IMG/VR virus record: IMGVR_UViG_3300029527_000003 | Span: 1 to 42,168 of that record | Source: a virus | Length of the DNA: 42,168 bases | Strand: one strand, 5' to 3' | In this document: positions 39,173 through 42,168 of the stretch, piece by piece | Layout of the letters: every line of letters starts with the position of its first letter | Numbering within the stretch: position 1 is the first letter of the stretch | Position numbers and translations under genes: made by a program | The notes under the pieces: model-generated | Databases searched by the model: none | The model's input: the letters and a program-made list of their open reading frames with translations, nothing else | Told to the model about the DNA's origin: nothing

Positions 39173-39848
39173 GAGCAGCACCCTCTTCCTCGGCGTCGCC
39201 GTCGCCCACCTCATAGTCGATGTTGGCGCCCATCAGGACCTCCGGACACTCGGCGCGGGCAAAGTAAGCGGCGGCGCGGTACTTGAGCATCATTTCGGTC
39301 ATTTTGGGCCAGTAGCTGCCATTCTTGTTCCACCACCCGGCATCCTTTGCCATCTTGACCGTGACTTTCGGACCTTCGACCTTTTCGCCGGTGAGCTTGT
39401 CCACGCCGATCAGGCGGCAGCCCCAGTTGTCGGTGCCTTCTTCGCCCTCCATGCGGTAGCGGGTGCGGCCTGCAAACTGGCCGCTGTTGTCGATGAGGGC
39501 CTTGCAGCTCTTGCCGCTCCATGTGGGCATACCATGGACGACGTAAAGGTTCTGCATGACGAAAAGGTGCGAGACGCCCATGCGCAGGGCCATCTCGCAG
39601 GCGATGGCACACGCGCCGGGATTGCCAGTGTAGGTCTGAGGCAGAAAACCTTCGGGCAGCTGTGCCATCGCGGCGGCTTTGGACTTTGCAAGCATCCAGT
39701 TGCGCTCGTCAATGGTCAGGCCCTGCACCTTCTCGGCGTAGCTCTGACGGGCAGGGGTGACAGGTGCAGCAGGTGCGGGCATCTCTGTGGGCGGGGTGAC
39801 ATGTTGGTCAAGCATCTCGATAGGGGTCTGGTTCATTTTCTCAGGCAT
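39165..39848 (-). CDS. recT: RecT-family single-strand annealing recombinase
   Basis: ATG at 39848 follows GGAGGA. Pattern: ACAIACEMALRMGVSHLFVMQNLYVVHGMPTWSGKSCKALID...MLKYRAAAYFAR. Confidence 0.75.
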   Translation of the reverse strand: MPEKMNQTPIEMLDQHVTPPTEMPAPAAPVTPARQSYAEKVQGLTIDERNWMLAKSKAAAMAQLPEGFLPQTYTGNPGACAIACEMALRMGVSHLFVMQNLYVVHGMPTWSGKSCKALIDNSGQFAGRTRYRMEGEEGTDNWGCRLIGVDKLTGEKVEGPKVTVKMAKDAGWWNKNGSYWPKMTEMMLKYRAAAYFARAECPEVLMGANIDYEVGDGDAEEEGAAHA

Positions 39849-40458
39849 GGTGAATATCCTCCTCGGTAAATTTAATATCGATGATATTTGCATAACGCTT
39901 AATGGCGTCAAGCTCGGATTTGGTGCAGCGGAAGACGAGCTTCCGGTCCCTGGGTTCTTCCTGGCGAGTGAAACGGGCAAAGAAATCGTCATCGTACTCG
40001 TCCGGTGTGTAACCATCGCCGTAGCCAACGCCCGGCTGCACAAGGCTGACAGTGTAGGGGTTCTGCGCTGGGCCTTTGTAGTTGTCCGGCATCCCACGAA
40101 TGACGGCCTCCCGTAGCATGGTGCGGTACTCGGTCATGTAACAAAAATCTATGGATTCATACGGCTCAGGCATGATTTCTTCGCCGGCGGCGGCGTGGAC
40201 GATGTCAATGAGGCACATGAGCTCACCGACCCGGCGATAAATCGAGTCGATTGTGCGGCGGGTCTCCTGACTGCCCAGCTGATGGCTGCGGGCGAAGCCG
40301 GTGAACAGAGCCACAGCATAGTTGACGTCGCTGGTGAGCTTGTTGCCGGTGCTGATGAGCCGGAACAGCACATTGTCGTTCCCGACGTACTGGAAAATGC
40401 CCTCGGCCTTGTTGGAAAGGTCTTTGATGCGGGCTCTGCGGGCTAACGTCTGACTCAT
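39841..40458 (-). CDS. Hypothetical protein upstream of recT (no recognisable exonuclease motifs)
   Basis: RBS GGGAGG. 205 aa. Confidence 0.55.
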   Translation of the reverse strand: MSQTLARRARIKDLSNKAEGIFQYVGNDNVLFRLISTGNKLTSDVNYAVALFTGFARSHQLGSQETRRTIDSIYRRVGELMCLIDIVHAAAGEEIMPEPYESIDFCYMTEYRTMLREAVIRGMPDNYKGPAQNPYTVSLVQPGVGYGDGYTPDEYDDDFFARFTRQEEPRDRKLVFRCTKSELDAIKRYANIIDIKFTEEDIHHA

Positions 40459-40463
40459 GTGTA

Positions 40464-40745
40464 TTACCTCCCGTAAATCTTGCGGCCAGAAGAATCCAAG
40501 ACGTCGATATGGTCATAAAGCGGCCAGCTTTCGTCCGCCCAATGCTGAGCCTGCACACTTGATAACACGGGGTCAAAACCGGCAAAAACCAGTTTATCGC
40601 ATCTGCTAGGATCCCCTTTATGGTAAGCATGGCAGCAGAATAAAGCCTGCTGTTTTTGAGTTTCATCCCGATGGATGTGCCGCAGCCGTTCCGGCTGTCG
40701 CTTATTCCAGCGAATCTCTGCGGCTCGCATATATCTACCGTTCAT
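40464..40745 (-). CDS. Hypothetical protein (93 aa)
   Basis: ATG at 40745 follows AAAGGAAACAGG. Confidence 0.45.
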   Translation of the reverse strand: MNGRYMRAAEIRWNKRQPERLRHIHRDETQKQQALFCCHAYHKGDPSRCDKLVFAGFDPVLSSVQAQHWADESWPLYDHIDVLDSSGRKIYGR

Positions 40746-41025
40746 ATTCCTGTTTCCTTTTCGTATGCCGACCTTTCTTTTTGCAGTAACGGCGAAGCGG
40801 AGGGAGACAGTCGACCTCCGCACGATCAATGCGCTCCTGCTCAAAAATGTACTTGTGCGGATGCTTTTTTTCATGGCGTCGGTGTCCAACGGAAGACACA
40901 AAGCTGTTGGCGGTCTTGTATCCAAGCTTCGCAGCGCACATGGCGGACGTTCCCGCGGCCACTACCTCGCCGGTCTTGGCGCTGTACACGGTGTACCATG
41001 TGACATAGTGGATGTAATCAGCCAT
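40735..41025 (-). CDS. Hypothetical basic protein (96 aa)
   Basis: ATG at 41025 follows GGAGGA. The C-terminus is K/R-rich. Confidence 0.45.
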   Translation of the reverse strand: MADYIHYVTWYTVYSAKTGEVVAAGTSAMCAAKLGYKTANSFVSSVGHRRHEKKHPHKYIFEQERIDRAEVDCLPPLRRYCKKKGRHTKRKQEYER

Positions 41026-41212
41026 GCGCGACGTCCTCCGCATCGTGGAGGGCTGTGAGCAGCCCATCTGCTGCCGCGCTATAGACCTCTGATTTTTCCC
41101 GGCAGATGACCCGCAGCCAGATGTCTCCCGTGAGCGCGGACTCCGTTGCAAGCCGTGTGGCTGTTTTAAGGTGCTCTTCGGCCTGCTGCCGAATCAGCTC
41201 TTCCAGCTTCAT
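41018..41212 (-). CDS. Hypothetical protein (64 aa)
   Basis: RBS GAGGAGAAGGG. Confidence 0.45.
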   Translation of the reverse strand: MKLEELIRQQAEEHLKTATRLATESALTGDIWLRVICREKSEVYSAAADGLLTALHDAEDVAHG

Positions 41213-41514
41213 GCGCCCTTCTCCTCATCCTGCGGATACTCCGGGTTCCGGGCATGGTTGCGGACGATTTTGCTGTAACCGCTGCGCTTATACCGTTTGT
41301 TGTCCTCATACATCCCATAAAACGACATCGCCAGCCCGGCAGTAGATGCAACAATAATCCAAGGCGCGGCATACGCAGCCTCGGCGATGTCCCAGCCGCC
41401 CCAGCAAACCAGTGCAACGGCCAGCCAGGAGCAGGCCCAACGCACCGCCTGCACCGCGCCGATAATAGCCAGCAGACCTACCGTGCCGGCGGCGGCGAAC
41501 GATTTGAGTCTCAT
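41209..41514 (-). CDS. Membrane protein (3 predicted TM segments)
   Basis: ATG at 41514 follows AAAGGAGGAA. Hydrophobic segments are GTVGLLAIIGAV, WLAVALVCWGGW and PWIIVASTAGLAMSF. Confidence 0.55.
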   Translation of the reverse strand: MRLKSFAAAGTVGLLAIIGAVQAVRWACSWLAVALVCWGGWDIAEAAYAAPWIIVASTAGLAMSFYGMYEDNKRYKRSGYSKIVRNHARNPEYPQDEEKGA

Positions 41515-41750
41515 TCTCTTGGTTCCTCCTTTGTATAAACCTTTTCGAGTTTGTAAAAGTCCTTCACCCACGCCATAAAACCGGCGCGTGAGATGTCAGG
41601 GCAAGGTTCTTTTGTTCCTACGGACGGAATCGCCCAGCTGGTAAACAGCCCCGCCTGGATCTGTGCTCCCAAGACCTTTTCAGTCTTTGAGATGTTGTTG
41701 TCCCGAAGGATCTGGACGCATTCGCCTATCGTAAGGCTCGGCTTTTGCAT
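41511..41750 (-). CDS. Hypothetical protein, possibly a small DNA-binding protein
   Basis: RBS AAAGGAG. The sequence LTIGECVQILRDNNISKTEKVLGAQIQAGLF is HTH-like, but weakly so. Confidence 0.45.
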   Translation of the reverse strand: MQKPSLTIGECVQILRDNNISKTEKVLGAQIQAGLFTSWAIPSVGTKEPCPDISRAGFMAWVKDFYKLEKVYTKEEPRE

Positions 41751-41789
41751 GGCATGCTCCTTTCTTTCAAATTGGTTTTGCAGTGCTTT

Positions 41790-42168
41790 TTACTGCTCTG
41801 CTTCCGCGAACTCACCATTTTTGAGTGTGTACCAGACGTTTTCTTTGATGTGGGCGCCGTCTACTTTTGCCATCTTTGCCCACAGCATATTGCCGTCATC
41901 GTCGTACTCGGTCAGCACCAGATAGCAGCCCAGAATGCCACGTGCCTTACTGTGTGCGCCGTTTGCGACTGCGACATTGTCTTTTCCATCTGCTTTTGCT
42001 CTGCAATAAGCCCCAGTGGCTGCTGCCGTACTGTAATAGCCGCTCGAACTAGCCGTACTGGAATTGCCGCTCGAACCAGCCGTACTGGAATAGCCGCTCG
42101 AACTAGCCGTACTGGAATAGCCGCTCGAACCAGCCGTACTGGAATAGCCGCTCGAACCAGCCGTACTG
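41790..42168 (-). CDS. C-terminal part of the repeat protein (stop at 41790-41792)
   Basis: The repeats are followed by ...GAYCRAKADGKDNVAVANGAHSKARGILGCYLVLTEYDDDGNMLWAKMAKVDGAHIKENVWYTLKNGEFAEAEQ*. The frame is continuous with 1..485 across the overlap. Confidence 0.8.
   Translation of the reverse strand, partial: STAGSSGYSSTAGSSGYSSTASSSGYSSTAGSSGNSSTASSSGYYSTAAATGAYCRAKADGKDNVAVANGAHSKARGILGCYLVLTEYDDDGNMLWAKMAKVDGAHIKENVWYTLKNGEFAEAEQ
42025..42168. repeat. 27-bp tandem repeat array, right part
   Basis: Same 27-bp unit as 1-139. After collapsing the overlap there are about 8 units in total. Confidence 0.9.
42097..42168. repeat. Terminal direct overlap, right copy (identical to 1-72)
   Basis: Same 72 nt as the window start. 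Confidence 0.9.

Larger units (their letters stand above)
1..42168. mobile_element. Complete circularly permuted temperate siphovirus-like phage genome (unit 42,096 bp after collapsing the terminal overlap)
   Basis: nt 1-72 are identical to nt 42097-42168. Integrase plus attP, a Cro/CI-like switch, and replication, packaging, head, tail and lysis modules are all present. There are no host flanking genes. Confidence 0.85.

Overview
The window appears to be a complete, circularly permuted genome of a temperate siphovirus-type phage, or an excised circular prophage. The host is probably a GC-rich Gram-positive, Clostridia-like bacterium, judged only from strong GGAGG-type ribosome-binding sites, a GH25 lysin and gene content. 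Nucleotides 1-72 are identical to 42097-42168. One minus-strand gene reads through the junction in frame only if that overlap is collapsed, giving a unit length of 42,096 bp. No host flanks are present.

Layout:
- Lysogeny side (2.8-7.9 kb): Cro-like and CI-like HTH genes around a switch region with predicted face-to-face promoters and TGGCTA half-sites, several accessory genes, a second HTH gene, a tyrosine integrase, and an attP carrying the 3' 50 nt of a tRNA-Thr(UGU) flanked by TGTTAG arm-type repeats.
- 7.9-11.2 kb: an attP-proximal minus-strand cassette of seven unusual, largely low-complexity proteins.
- 11.2-13.6 kb: a consensus promoter embedded in a 19-bp perfect inverted repeat. It drives a plus-strand three-gene module of a basic Cys-motif protein, a very acidic protein, and a 508-aa multidomain protein.
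- 14.1-34.2 kb (minus strand): lysis, tail, head and packaging genes, including a canonical -1 frameshift in the tail chaperone. AT-rich accessory insertions and a full tRNA-Thr(UGU) interrupt the module.
- 34.4-34.95 kb: a noncoding region with tRNA-Trp(CCA), two aberrant tRNA-like elements and several hairpins.
- 34.9-42.2 kb, wrapping to 0.5-3.0 kb (minus strand): early genes. These include a late activator, RusA, two orphan methyltransferases, a DnaD-like organizer with internal iterons, SSB, RecT, small hypotheticals, a (YSSTAGSSG)n repeat protein spanning the junction, a Bro-N antirepressor, a lipoprotein and paralogous mini membrane proteins.

All family assignments come from motif recognition by eye, not from database searches. 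GC statements are by-eye estimates.
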